This document shows, piece after piece, positions 52,101-64,000 of a stretch of DNA of 64,000 bases. Position 1 is the first letter of the stretch, and every line of letters begins with the position of its first letter. The notes beneath the pieces are model-generated. The model worked only from the letters and a program-made list of their open reading frames with translations, was not told the DNA's origin and searched no databases. The stretch comes from Octopus sinensis (Eukaryota): the NCBI RefSeq assembly GCF_006345805.1, contig NC_043000.1, positions 106,206,001 to 106,270,000 on the forward strand, read 5' to 3'. The position numbers and the translations under genes were made by a program.

Positions 52101-52813
52101 TGTATAATGAAGTCTTCATCAGTAACAAGCTAAAGAAGATTTATAAGTTGCACCAGGTCGTTTATATACAACGCGAAAAATCGTTTCTATACAGAAAAGG
52201 GACGAAATATCTAACGCACAGGTACGAACAAAAACGTTTACTAAAATGCTCAAACTAGATCAATCATTAATGAACCTGCAAAACTGAGCGATTATGAATC
52301 ATAAATGGATAAATACTTTATAATGGTACTCAAAATTACAATACGGATTAGCGAGGGTGTTCAATAAAAAAATATATATCACGATTAGAGCGATTAATAA
52401 TTTATAAGGTCTTCTTCACCTTTGGAGCTAAAACATTTTTCCATATCACTCTAAAACGTTACTATTGCACTTTTTATTGAACATTCTCGCTAATATATTT
52501 TGCATGATAAAATAATTCTCGCTACCACTGAGAAGTATTTATTAACTTATATTCTAACTATACGTGTGTATGTGTGCATATATATATGCATGTATGTATG
52601 TATTATGTATGTATGCATGCAGATAGATAGGTACGTACGTACGTGTGTATATATATGTGTATACATATATATTTATATATGTATATGTATATAGATATGA
52701 ATATATATATGTGTGTGTGTGTATTTATGTATATATGTGTGGGTGGGTGTGTGCACATACATATCTATCTATCTCTATATATGTAAATATACATACATAT
52801 ATATGTACATGCT

Positions 52814-52882
<69 letters not shown>

Positions 52883-53386
52883 ATGTATGTATGTATGTAT
52901 GTATGTATGTATGTATGTATGTGTATATAAACATATGTACATATACGTACATACAGATACAAACACATACACATACGTACATACTGAAACAAATTATCCT
53001 GTAATCAGTCAAGTGTAAAGCCACTTTATGGCTTTAGCAATCAAGATGTTATAAGGATCTGCAGGAAGATATTTTACTTTAACCAATCACAGCTCGGTTT
53101 TTCAACATTGCCAACCAAGTAGTCTGCAGATAAAGAATTTCGCTGTGTGTGTAATTTGTTAACGGGAGTCTACATTTGCACCTGTGCGTATGTATGTGTA
53201 TTATGGATATTGTGTGTGTGAGATGAGAGGTTACTGAGAATTATATATATATATAGAGAGAATAAAACTTTATATATAAAGAACGTGAAATTCACGAATT
53301 GACGAACACGGAAAACAGACAGTCATTCAGAGCTTTCATTCTTCAGTCAGAAACCGATTCATCATGGCAAATTTCGGCTGTTTATA

Positions 53387-53438
<52 letters not shown>

Positions 53439-53729
53439 CAAAATGGGACAAGAACGCAAAACATCCAAATAGACGATACAAAAAACACGGACGGGTCATT
53501 CGAAACCTTTACTCTTCAGTCAAGAACCGGATCATCCTCGCAATTTCGGCTGATTAATCTTGAGATTGTTCCAATCTGGCCAGCCCCAAGGAAAAACTAA
53601 ACTAAGAGCATCAGATTCCTTGGAAAAAGGATCGAATGTATACGAAACAAGGACAGAAAAACCGACGATGTTACACGAATATAAATACAAAAAAAAACAA
53701 CAAAAAATAATACAAATATAAATACAGAA

Positions 53730-53802
<73 letters not shown>

Positions 53803-54804
53803 GGACATAACAACAGGCGTCTTTCGACTGGAAACGAATTGAATTCAGCTGGCGTATTGAGAATAAGCCTTACAGCAGACGAAAAGAACGATGTTACCGT
53901 ACCCGTGGTCCGACGCAAAAGGTTAGTTGGCCAATATATATATATATATATATATATAACGGCAGAAATTGCTTCTAAACAATTTTAGTTGAAATCGAGG
54001 GACACCAATTGTAACGGTAAAAGGATTTTACTTTTGGTGTAGTTACCAATTGTAACAGGAGAAATTGATTTGTACGCAATATTATTATGATGTCGTAATC
54101 AGCAGTGGTAACGATAATAATTTGTGGTTATAATTGTTTACTGTAGGGTGTGATAGATGAACAATGCATGAAGTTTTAAGGAAATATTTATTTACCGTTA
54201 CGTCACAAATACCTTGCCTCGACGAGCAGGTTTTGATAAATCCAAAAGCATGCGAAGTAAAGTTTGAGTTTGTATCCTCTTCATTGTTTAGTAGTAGTAA
54301 TTCACAGATAACGATAGAATGATGTTGTAGGAGAATAGAATTAGAGCTAGTGAGAGTGAGAGAGTGTGTGGGACGTTGTCTTTCTCTGGCCGTGTTGTCT
54401 GCCTGCTTCCATAATTCTGGTGGTCGGTTAGCTCTCTCTCAACTCACGAGTTAGCTCTCTCTCAACTCACGAGTTGTCACCAGTAACCAACTGATTTTGC
54501 TTGCGAGGATATATATATCATTGAAAACAATAGATTTAGTTGGTAATCTTGTTATCTCTATTCTAGCTTTTGGTGAAGTAGAAAAGGTTAGAAAGGGTCA
54601 AGTAGTGAAGACATTATTTCGACCTAGCTGAAGGCATCTGGAAAATGTGAAACCGCTGTCAGAGAAAAACCATTGTTCCACCATGGGAAAAGTTCTGTTG
54701 CAGTGTCAATTTAAATTTGGCTGTGGTGGATCGAATCCACTTCATGCATGCAAGATTCAATACATACATACATACATACATACATACATACATACATACA
54801 TACA

Positions 54805-54894
<90 letters not shown>

Positions 54895-54923
54895 GTAAAT
54901 GTAATATGTGACAATTATTCGTT

Positions 54924-54995
54924 AGCCATGATAAAACTCCGAGTTTCGGATGCCGGGGTGGAAATCCACAGCGCCATCTCTTCAGTTATCCGGCC
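54924..54995 (-). ncRNA. Type I hammerhead candidate with extended stems
   Basis: Minus: gccg-gataa CUGAAGA gatg...gtgg(attt)ccac...catc c GAAA ctc g gagt U ttatc-a-tggc; one extra C before GAAA. Confidence 0.6.
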
Positions 54996-55497
54996 ATCGG
55001 AAAAATGGTATGAAAATGACCGTTAAACAAAGGGAAATTACTGTGCGATGGACCGTTATTTGAATGACCGCTAAGTGAGGGGAGGGAGTAAAAGTAAGGG
55101 GGTAAAAAGTTCATAGTATTCGCGTAACCCCGCATGTCCATACCTATACATGCACGCCCTCACACCCACGTACATGCGCCTAAAATTATACACTCATCCA
55201 CCCACACTTGAAGCGTACACATTCTCACCCGCACCATTCGCCAAATATATATATATATATATATATTTTAATATTTATGTAATTAGAATAGACTATTACC
55301 GATATTAGATTATTGGTGGGTTTCTTACCTTATAAATTAAAATTAATATTTAACATTATAATCGATTTTGATATAATCATAATTGTTAAGTTTTAAGTTT
55401 CTAGTTTGATAATAGAGTTTATTATAAGTAAAATTATTATATTATTTATATCTTTAAAATATTGTTTAAATATTTCTGATTATTTAAAAAATATTTC

Positions 55498-55596
55498 AAT
55501 TAACCTGAAGATTGACTGTAACCATAACTCGAATTATTAATTGAATTTAAATTATTGTTATTCGAATTGGTACAGCCATGAAACGATCGTAGTGTT
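55498..55596 (+). ncRNA. Degenerate hammerhead candidate with long stem II and palindromic stem III
   Basis: CUGAAGA 55505-55511; ctgtaacca/tggtacag and tcgaat/attcga pairing; GAAACGAUCGUA; stem I poor. Confidence 0.4.
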
Positions 55597-55893
55597 TTAC
55601 TCTTTATCTTTTATTAAACTTTTAATACTTTTGATATTTATAAAAAAATTAATAAATAAATAAATTAATTAATTAATTAAATAATATATAAATATAAAAA
55701 TATACATACATACATATATATATATATTTGTATATATATATAAAATTTATAAGTTTAAATTATTTAATAATTTTTTATTTTTAACTTTTATATTTTAAAA
55801 ATAATTTTATGTATTGGCTTATGTTTCTCACTGTTTGATTTGCCTAATAGTGGTTTTATCTCTAATTTAATATAATATATATATATATATAAT

Positions 55894-55980
<87 letters not shown>

Positions 55981-56748
55981 TATATAGAGGGTACTATTAT
56001 TCATAGGTACCGCACGCTAGGAGGGACTTTTGCAGTCAAAACTACTAAAATAAACAAATTGTACCGAATGCAAAACTTCAAAGCAAGTCATTTAGAAACA
56101 GAATTTAGTTACATATCACCTGTGATTTCGCAATCAATGCAGAATATGCATTCTATGCTCTTCAGTGCAACGAACTCAAGACATATAAGAAAAAAAATAT
56201 TGAAGCCATCTAATCTTAATGAATTACTTTTTATTCCAATGATGTTGGTTACATAAAAAAGAACATTTCTAAATTTGAGTTGAACTTTCTGATGTTCGGT
56301 AAAAATGTCTAGATTCTTTGATAAAAAAAAACTGTCATAGTCGATATAGTAGACTTGTAAAAACGGTCAATTAACTTTCTCATTTGTATAGTACATGTCA
56401 GTTCCGTCTCTCAACCTTGAATTTATCACAAAGTTTGTATTGTATTTGATGACGATTGATGCTATTTTTTCAGAAGCATAGTAATATCAGAATCATATTT
56501 GAAAGCACTCCTCTTCCACGTATATATACATGTACGTTTATGAATTCATTTTACAAGATTCCTGATGTGAAATCGTGTGTTGAAACAGATAAACAGGTAT
56601 TATTTTACCCTATCTAATCGTTATCTAACGCTTTTTAAAACATTAGATAAGCATTAGATAAAGTAAATCTACAGATTAAAGTAGCAGAACGACCAGGAAC
56701 CCCCATAAAATCTCTGATCTATAGAACATATCCATTCGATAGGTCTCC

Positions 56749-57006
56749 GTGAATGAAGAACGATTGTATAATAAGATGAACCCACAGGTTAACTGTAGGA
56801 TTAGGAATGTAATCTATAGCTTACGATGTACTGAGGGACGGAGCAGAAACAAGACAACTTACATTGGGGAGACAGTACGTAGCATAGGGGAGCAGATAGG
56901 CGAACACTGGCGGGAGCTCAACGATGAGAACAGACATGACACTTAGATTACAGAGGCCACGCACATAGTAATAGACAGACCGAGCCTCAACAGAAAACAT
57001 GAATGA
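56749..57006 (+). pseudogene. Penelope-like GIY-YIG endonuclease remnant
   Basis: NCRIRNVIYSLRC...YIGETVRSIGEQIGEH, then ITEATHIVIDRPSLNRKHE*. Confidence 0.85.
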
Positions 57007-57279
57007 AACAATAGCACCCCCACGACCACACTACGCAACACAACGAACAAGACAAGAGGAAAAAAGATACAGATACTAACAGTATAATATATAAAGCCAT
57101 ATACACACATGCAAAAGACAAAAATATACATACTCATGAAATATAAGAAATACGGTTAAATAAGTAAATAAATGGAAAAAAGACTATATAAAGGGCACGG
57201 ATACAAACAATATAGTAAGCAAATCCATATGCACACTCACGAAACACATACAAAATACATAAACACGCGTACATAAACG

Positions 57280-57570
57280 TGGTGGTGGTGGTGGTGGTGG
57301 CGGCGCGGCGCGGCGGCAGCGGGCGGCGCGGCGGCGGCAGCGCAGCGGCGGCGGCAGCGGCAGCGGCGGCGGCAGCGGCAGCGGCAGCGCGGCGGCAGCG
57401 GCAGCGGCGGCGGCAGCGGCAGCGGCGGCGGCAGCGGCAGCGGCGGCGGCAGCGGCGGCGGCAGCGGCAGCGGCGGCGCAGCGGCAGCGGCAGCGGCGGC
57501 GGCAGCGGCAGCGGCGGCGGCAGCGGCAGCGGCGGCGGCAGCGGCAGCGGCGGCGGCAGCGGCAGCGGCG
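57280..57570. repeat. GC-rich (GTG)n then (GGC/GGCAGC)n tract
   Basis: Directly visible; the poly-R/G/S/P ORFs are artefacts. Confidence 0.95.
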
Positions 57571-58609
57571 GTTCTTCTTCTTGTTGGTGCATTGATGTTA
57601 CTGTACAGTTGTTAATGTTATCACTGTTGTTGTTTAAACCCATATTAGCTTCAAATGAGCAGACCTAAGACCAGAGGCATTCTAACCTTGACCATCCCAT
57701 CGTTTTAAACATATTTTCCAGTATCTGATACCCTTTTCTTTCTTTAACAAAAAATCAAAAATGGTAGTACCTCGTGGATTTCAGAGACACTGTAATATTA
57801 TTTCCTGCAGGTCAAATAACCAGATAGGGGTATCCCCATTTCGTTGTCAATGTTGCTGTTGCCATGCAATTACGGCTGTTGTTTGCAGTTGTTGCTTTTT
57901 GTTATTGCTATTTAGTTCTATGATTTTTCAGCTCTAATCCAGTAGATCCAGGAGTCCAGCTGTGATCATCCAATCTGGGCTTTTAAATAAATTATAATCT
58001 CTCTCTCTCTCTTCTTTCTTACTTTCTCTTTCTATTTTTATGTGTATCTTTCTGCGCACGTGTGCATCGTATTTGCCTCCAACGCCAAAAAGTACTGTCG
58101 ATATAACAAGCTGAATATCCAGTCAGCCGTGCCAAGTCGTCAGCGTCCAAACAGCTGCGTCCAATCCTCTCTTTCCAATATGAGAGATATTTAGCTGTTA
58201 TTTCAAGCAGATCGAACCTCTACCTAGATGCTCGTTCCAAAATATTATATTACAACCAAAATACATTCCTACAATCAAATCATTTCATGATTGTGTATTC
58301 CGTTAGTACATTTTTACGTTCAAATCATTTTAAAATACATTATTAAAGAGTCCATATTACATAATCATATAATTAAATATTTCGAAATACATAATTACAA
58401 ACTAGTTTCACTTTTAATGGGTGATGTTCATTACGATGCATGTATGTAATGGCTTGCTACTAGCCTTCTCTTAAGATAGATGTATGTATGTATGTATGTA
58501 TGTACGTACGTATGTATGTATGTATGTATGTATGTATGCATTTTTTCTATATGTTTCTATGTAGGCATGATGTGTGCTTTATGTATGTCCGCATGTATAT
58601 ATGTATGTA

Positions 58610-59240
58610 CTAGTTCAAAAGCTGCCCTAACAAGCGGCTTTTAAGCTAGCTCCTATGGAAGTATCTTCATTGGGCCTTGGGCCCAATAATGACACTTCAT
58701 GCATTGAGCATATATTAAATTTTATTAAACTTCAACAATATTTTTGAAGCAATAAACAATTTTCATCAAAATTTTTTATTTGTCTATTTGGAACTTATTG
58801 CAAAGCTGCATGATAAACAACACTTTTTGTCTTCCCATTCGGGGTCAGTACAAATAGCTTGTTTCCATTCCCTACCTTTGAACAATCAACAATAAACTTA
58901 CCTTATAAAGGTTCAACGATAATTCTTCTGCCGCCGTTTGATTTAAAGACAATTTAATGTACGTATGGCCTTACTTTTCGTACAAACAATTATTTGTAGT
59001 AACTAGTACGTATCTAAACTCCTGTTCGTAGTTTGATGGAAAATTACACCACTGTCGCTAGACTACATTTTAAATTGCGATTTTTATGGTCTGGAATTGC
59101 TCTAAACGTATTTGACCATAAAGATGTTTGCCATTTAGTATTTTTTAGAGTAATAATAAAATATGTCGAATCTATTTTCATGCAGTCGGAATGCACTAAG
59201 TTTCGATGGCCGACGCATGAAAATAGGTCCGACAAATTTT
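58610..59240 (-). mobile_element. Helitron 3' portion: helicase C-terminus plus terminus
   Basis: Minus DCSKVGNGNKLFVLTPNGKTKSVVYHAALQ*; hairpin aaaagccgc/gcagctttt then CTAG|T at 58610. Confidence 0.8.
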
Positions 59241-59884
59241 ATTAATATTTGAAAAAGCACTAGGTTTCCAACATTTTTATGGTAGAGAGTTATGAGAGGT
59301 AATATTGTATAAGAGAGTTAGTTCAATACGTATTTCAGTTCTGAACGTTATGAAGCTCGTGTTATGGTTAAATTGATACAGTCCTAATACTAGAGAAAGA
59401 TTTTTTTCAAAATGTTTGTTTTGGAAATTATTTTCGAAATAGTTATAATATTTAGAGAAATATCTTTTTCAGAATGTTAGGATTAAGAAAAAAGCAAGAA
59501 TGAAGAATAGGAGAAGAGTCATTGAATAGTGAGAGAGGGGTAAAGCATGAGGAATAGTAGAAGTGTCATTGAATAGAGAGAGAGTATGAATGCATGACTG
59601 TGTTATAAGTAGCTAAGCATTGCACAGACACTTGTACCCTTAGCATTATCTTCAGATAGACTCAGCAGGTCGTTGCGTAGAGTAAAGTCAAACTCATGTC
59701 CGTTTACCCAATTTCTCTCAAAGGGTTTGAGTCGACTCGATGGTATGATATGCGATACTTGCCAATGGTGCTTTACAATGAGATCAAATGCTAGACTTTG
59801 TGGTTATAAAGCAAGCTTCTTAGCCATTCAACTGTCCATTCATATTGATGTACGTATTGGTTTCAAATTGGTTTCAACTTTTAA

Positions 59885-60042
59885 CGAACCCAGTATTCAG
59901 CTGGTACTAACTTTATCAACCCTAAAAGGATGAAAGGCAAAGTTGACCTCAGTGGAATTTGAACTCGGAACATAGAGACAGACGAAATGCTGCTAAGCAC
60001 TTCGCCCGACATGCTAATGATTCTGACAGCTTGCTGCCTTAC
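59885..60042 (-). mobile_element. SINE family B (older copy)
   Basis: Matches the 5' part of 19077-19304. Confidence 0.85.
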
Positions 60043-61149
60043 ATACTGATACATATATCAAAATCATTTATATATCTATATACTGATACATGCATATTAA
60101 TATAGATATCACTCCCGTCATCAGATGTCCTTTTTCAGAATTCTGACCATTGAAGTGCCTTGATTCTTTGTCAGTCAGATTGCTTACAAACATGTCGTGC
60201 CCATCACCTCTGTCAATGTGATAGGATCCCTACACAACATTGTCACAACAGACATCCACCACCATCACTACAAAAATAAATAATTCATCAACACCTCCAC
60301 AACTATTACCATCACTATTACCAGAACCACAGCAACAACAATAACAACACTATCATCACAACCACAACAACTGCTACAATTCTTTCTCCACAACTAATTA
60401 CAACAACAATAACAACACCAATAAGTTTGATTATGTTCCTTACTTCCATATGGTGCCAGATGGAAGGAGTTATCTCCAACAAAAAGAGTTAATGTAAAAC
60501 AGTTTATATGGAAATAATATTATTGAGACTGCAAAGGCAAGTTGTGACAACAACCTCGAAGTATAAAACCGTTTCTAGTTGAAACATGAAAATATTGGCA
60601 CTGTGTCAACTGCTGCTACTACTACTACCACCACTACCACCACCACCACCACCACCACAACCACCACCACCACCACCACTACCACCTCTACCACCACTCC
60701 TAATTGTACTACTACCAGCACAGAAACTAATGTGGGTGTTTCAAAGTAACTACTTGACATGCTAGAAATAGAAGTCAAATCCTCAAAAAAAGAAGAATCT
60801 CACCTTGCTGTCACCCTACTATTTTTAAAAAGGAATGAGACTTATGTCTAAGCATAATTTATCCTTGATACAGTAAGTCTTGAACTAAGACACGATGGTC
60901 ACAGCATGAACACTTTTGATCATAGAACTGCTCATCAGAGATAACTTGAGGTTAAACAATAACAGCAACAACAACACCAATGACAACGAGCATTTTTTTC
61001 ACTGTACTTTTTAAATATTTACTTTGAGTTCTAAAAATTTTTGAAGGCAACTTTTGGCAGTTAAGGTGAGGACCTGTTAAACAGGAGAGTAAAGGGACTA
61101 TGTTATACCTGTGCCTAGGAATTTACTGGGATCTCATAAAATATTTGCA

Positions 61150-61340
61150 TACATTGAAGATTAACATTCACATTTTAAGAAGCAGTGCCACAAGAAATTT
61201 TATGTTTCCTGATAAAATTCCTCTCAAAATAGTGAAGGCTGATCTCAAGATGCTGAGCCTCATGGAGGAGATGACAAAGAACTGATACATTTGGTGATTT
61301 GCTGTACTTGAGATGATCCATCCATCATAGCAAATATGAG
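61150..61340 (+). mobile_element. RTE LINE C-terminal remnant
   Basis: VKADLKMLSLMEEMT...AVLEMIHP. Confidence 0.5.
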
Positions 61341-61902
61341 ATCCTAAAAACATTTTGTCTATACTTGTACATACTGGGCCCATTCCCTACACCCATACTG
61401 CTCAGTCAAGAATCCTCTATATCTCATCTCCCTACCCACCCTTTTCCCCAACACATATTACATCTCCTAACTCTTTGTGCTACCAATTACTGCCATCTCT
61501 CTACTTTCATCCCTCGTTCTCGTTATCATCTCTTACCACATATCTCCAAATTTTCCCCCCACCTCCTCTGTCATGCTTCATTCTAACACCTCACATATCA
61601 ACTGTCATTGCCAGCAGTTTCTTGTGTCTACCACCACACCCGCTCACTATACCGACCCTCATGTACCTCTTCATCTCCCTTCCCATGGTACCTATGCTTT
61701 GTTCATCCTCACTTACTTCTTGAACTATCATCCTTGAGTCACTCCTTTCTCTCTCACCTTACCATCTCCCACCCCAACCATACTTGTATGTCCCATCAAG
61801 CCACTCTTTCACTCTGTTCATTACTCACTACATTCACCTTTACCCCCCCCCCTATTTCTAACAATCTGTTACTCTTCCTTCTCACTCTTATAACTGCCTA
61901 TG

Positions 61903-62135
61903 TGGAGGTACATGGCATAGTGGTTAGGGTGTTGGACTCAAGATTGTGGTTTCAATTCCTGGACTGGGTGACATATTGTGTTCTTGAGCAAAACATTTCA
62001 TTTTATGTTGCTCCAGACCACTCAGTTGGCAAAAATGAGCAATCCTGCGATGGACCAGCATCCCATCCAGGTGGGGAATATACGTGTGCCATGAAACCAG
62101 AAAACCAGCCCTTACGAGTCAGTATGACTCAAGAA
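61903..62135 (+). mobile_element. tRNA-derived SINE with family C head/CORE-like segment and a different 3' body
   Basis: tggcatagtggttagg A box; tgtgttcttgagcaaaaca...; then cctgcgatggaccagcatcccatccagg. Confidence 0.75.
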
Positions 62136-62379
62136 GATAACTTACTAACTTACTTTACTTTATAACTTCCTCCACCACCTTTTCTGATCCACTGCTCATA
62201 TCATCTCTAACTCCTTGAGGGTTTTACTCTGGCATCCCATCACTACCATTTAATCTTTTTCACAGATACTCTCACCAACCCTTATATAAATGCAGAGTAG
62301 CTATCTATCTTCTTTATAGCAAGATACCTCTGTTTGCCCTTGGCATAAAATCTTCTCTCCAACATTTCAAATTCTCCAC

Positions 62380-62670
62380 TCACTTAGTTAAGAGGGCTTT
62401 TCCCTTTTACCCTTTTAGTGTGCGTCCAGAAGATTCTCTAGCCCTGTACCAAACAACTTATCTAGAGCAGCAGTAGTATGATAAAATTGCATCCATTTCC
62501 AGCTGTAAAGTGGCTGGTGACAGGGAGGCTATCAAGTTATAAAACCACATGTAAAATGTAAAACATGATATACAACACAAGGATGGATAGCTTTCTCTGT
62601 TGTTGTAATTTTGAAGGGATGCAGTGGCTGGTGAGCTGCTATGAGATATGAAAAATCCATAATAGCAAAA
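62380..62670 (-). mobile_element. Possible Jockey/CR1-type LINE C-terminal remnant
   Basis: Weak ILSYYCCS-type motif like the region at 20140-20500. Confidence 0.3.
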
Positions 62671-63487
62671 AAAAAAAAAAAAGAAAAAGAAAAGATAAAC
62701 TGAAAATGATGAAGATACAGAGAGAAATAGTGTACATGAAAGGCAAGTACTCAAATCCTCGTGGTCCCAGCTATTGTGTGTACCTCTACAGGATGCTATT
62801 ATTGTTGATGTTTTTTAGCCCCAGGTCTACTCTGACTAAGTTGACTTATAGCCAAAAACATTCCAGTCATGATGATCCTGTCTTCATTTCAAGTACAATG
62901 TATCTAGGAGCACAGCATGTCCTTTCTTTAAAAAAGCAGAGAAATGCAACTTGAAAATGTTGAGCAGTTATTTCAAGTAGGGCAAGAGATCATATAGAGC
63001 TCCAACAATAAACACACATCTCATTGTCTGGCAATAAATTCATAGGCTGATTCTCAGAGTGGTAAATTCAAATGGGGTTTCCAGAAATATTGCTGTAATT
63101 CCTGGAGAGGACAAAAAGGGTAAAATGTTTAGTAGGTTAGACAGAGTAAGCTGCAGCTAGACAAGATTTAAGTGGTTTATTTAGAAATACTTGCATCATA
63201 TGAAAAGATATGGACCACCAATTTTTCAGATGTCAGACTATCATGTTGCCCCTTCTTCAGCTTACCCCAGCCAGCTGCAACATTCAAGGGTGGATTAGTT
63301 AGTCAGTGGTAAATTACTAATTGCTTCAGTAAAAACTGATACCAGTCTTAATAGCAGACAATGTTCCATCAGTTGAGATATCAGTTACAGGGAAATTGTA
63401 TTTATCTACCCCAGTGGAATTCTTCCTTCTTTTGCAGTTGTATTCATGCCAACATAAAAAAAACATAGTTGCAAACAAAAAGCAATA

Positions 63488-63745
<258 letters not shown>

Positions 63746-64000
63746 ATATACTTCCCCTAGTGCTTATAAATGGTTCCTACAAAACTATTAAAGTTATATA
63801 CATACAATAATATGTATAGAAAAATAATAGAAAATGGATTGAACAACATTTTTTTATTTTAAATCACTACAATTGTTTCAAAACATCTTTCATTTGAAGT
63901 ACATTAGTGAGATATAATTAACATGTTGTTTAATCACTGTCATCCATCAAAGGCATAAGACGCATTTCTTCAGGTGTTTGTTTTAAATAAGCCCTTCATT

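Noticed and set aside
53461-53620. Hammerhead in the 1060/53437 repeat family (minus strand CUGAAGA...CGAAU; ggctg...cagccGAAA)
   Set aside because: Core halves are not in a valid arrangement (GAAU instead of GAAA; no CUGANGA before the ggctg stem) and no stem I was found; a family consensus would be needed
55250-55980. Mitochondrial insertion (NUMT) suggested by extreme AT content
   Set aside because: No recognisable mitochondrial gene, tRNA or rRNA motif
57134-57668. 169-aa and 129-aa Gly/Arg/Pro-rich ORFs
   Set aside because: Translations of the GC-rich simple repeat; no domain or splice evidence

Overview
Eukaryotic, AT-rich, microsatellite-dense DNA made almost entirely of transposable-element debris. 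The SINE families and (TA)n/(CA)n/(TACA)n density resemble an octopus (coleoid cephalopod) genome; that assignment is recognition from memory, not a database result. I found no intact host protein-coding gene, rRNA, tRNA gene or CRISPR array, and most supplied ORFs are microsatellite read-through. Recognisable content: four mariner remnants; several tRNA-derived SINE families; Penelope-like (PLE) remnants with GIY-YIG pieces; R4/Dong-type RLE LINE fragments; Tx1/L1, RTE, L2 and Jockey/CR1-type LINE fragments; two Gypsy pol fragments and an LTR; several Helitron pieces including one with both termini; and hAT-type MITEs. The most notable signal is a set of type I hammerhead ribozyme motifs. One family sits at the 3' end of a tRNA-headed (Pol III) SINE-like element, which suggests a Penelope-mobilised, ribozyme-bearing SINE; two copies show compensatory stem changes. 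Several fold-back palindromes and a structured ~65-bp repeat array are also noted. Boundaries of degraded elements are approximate.
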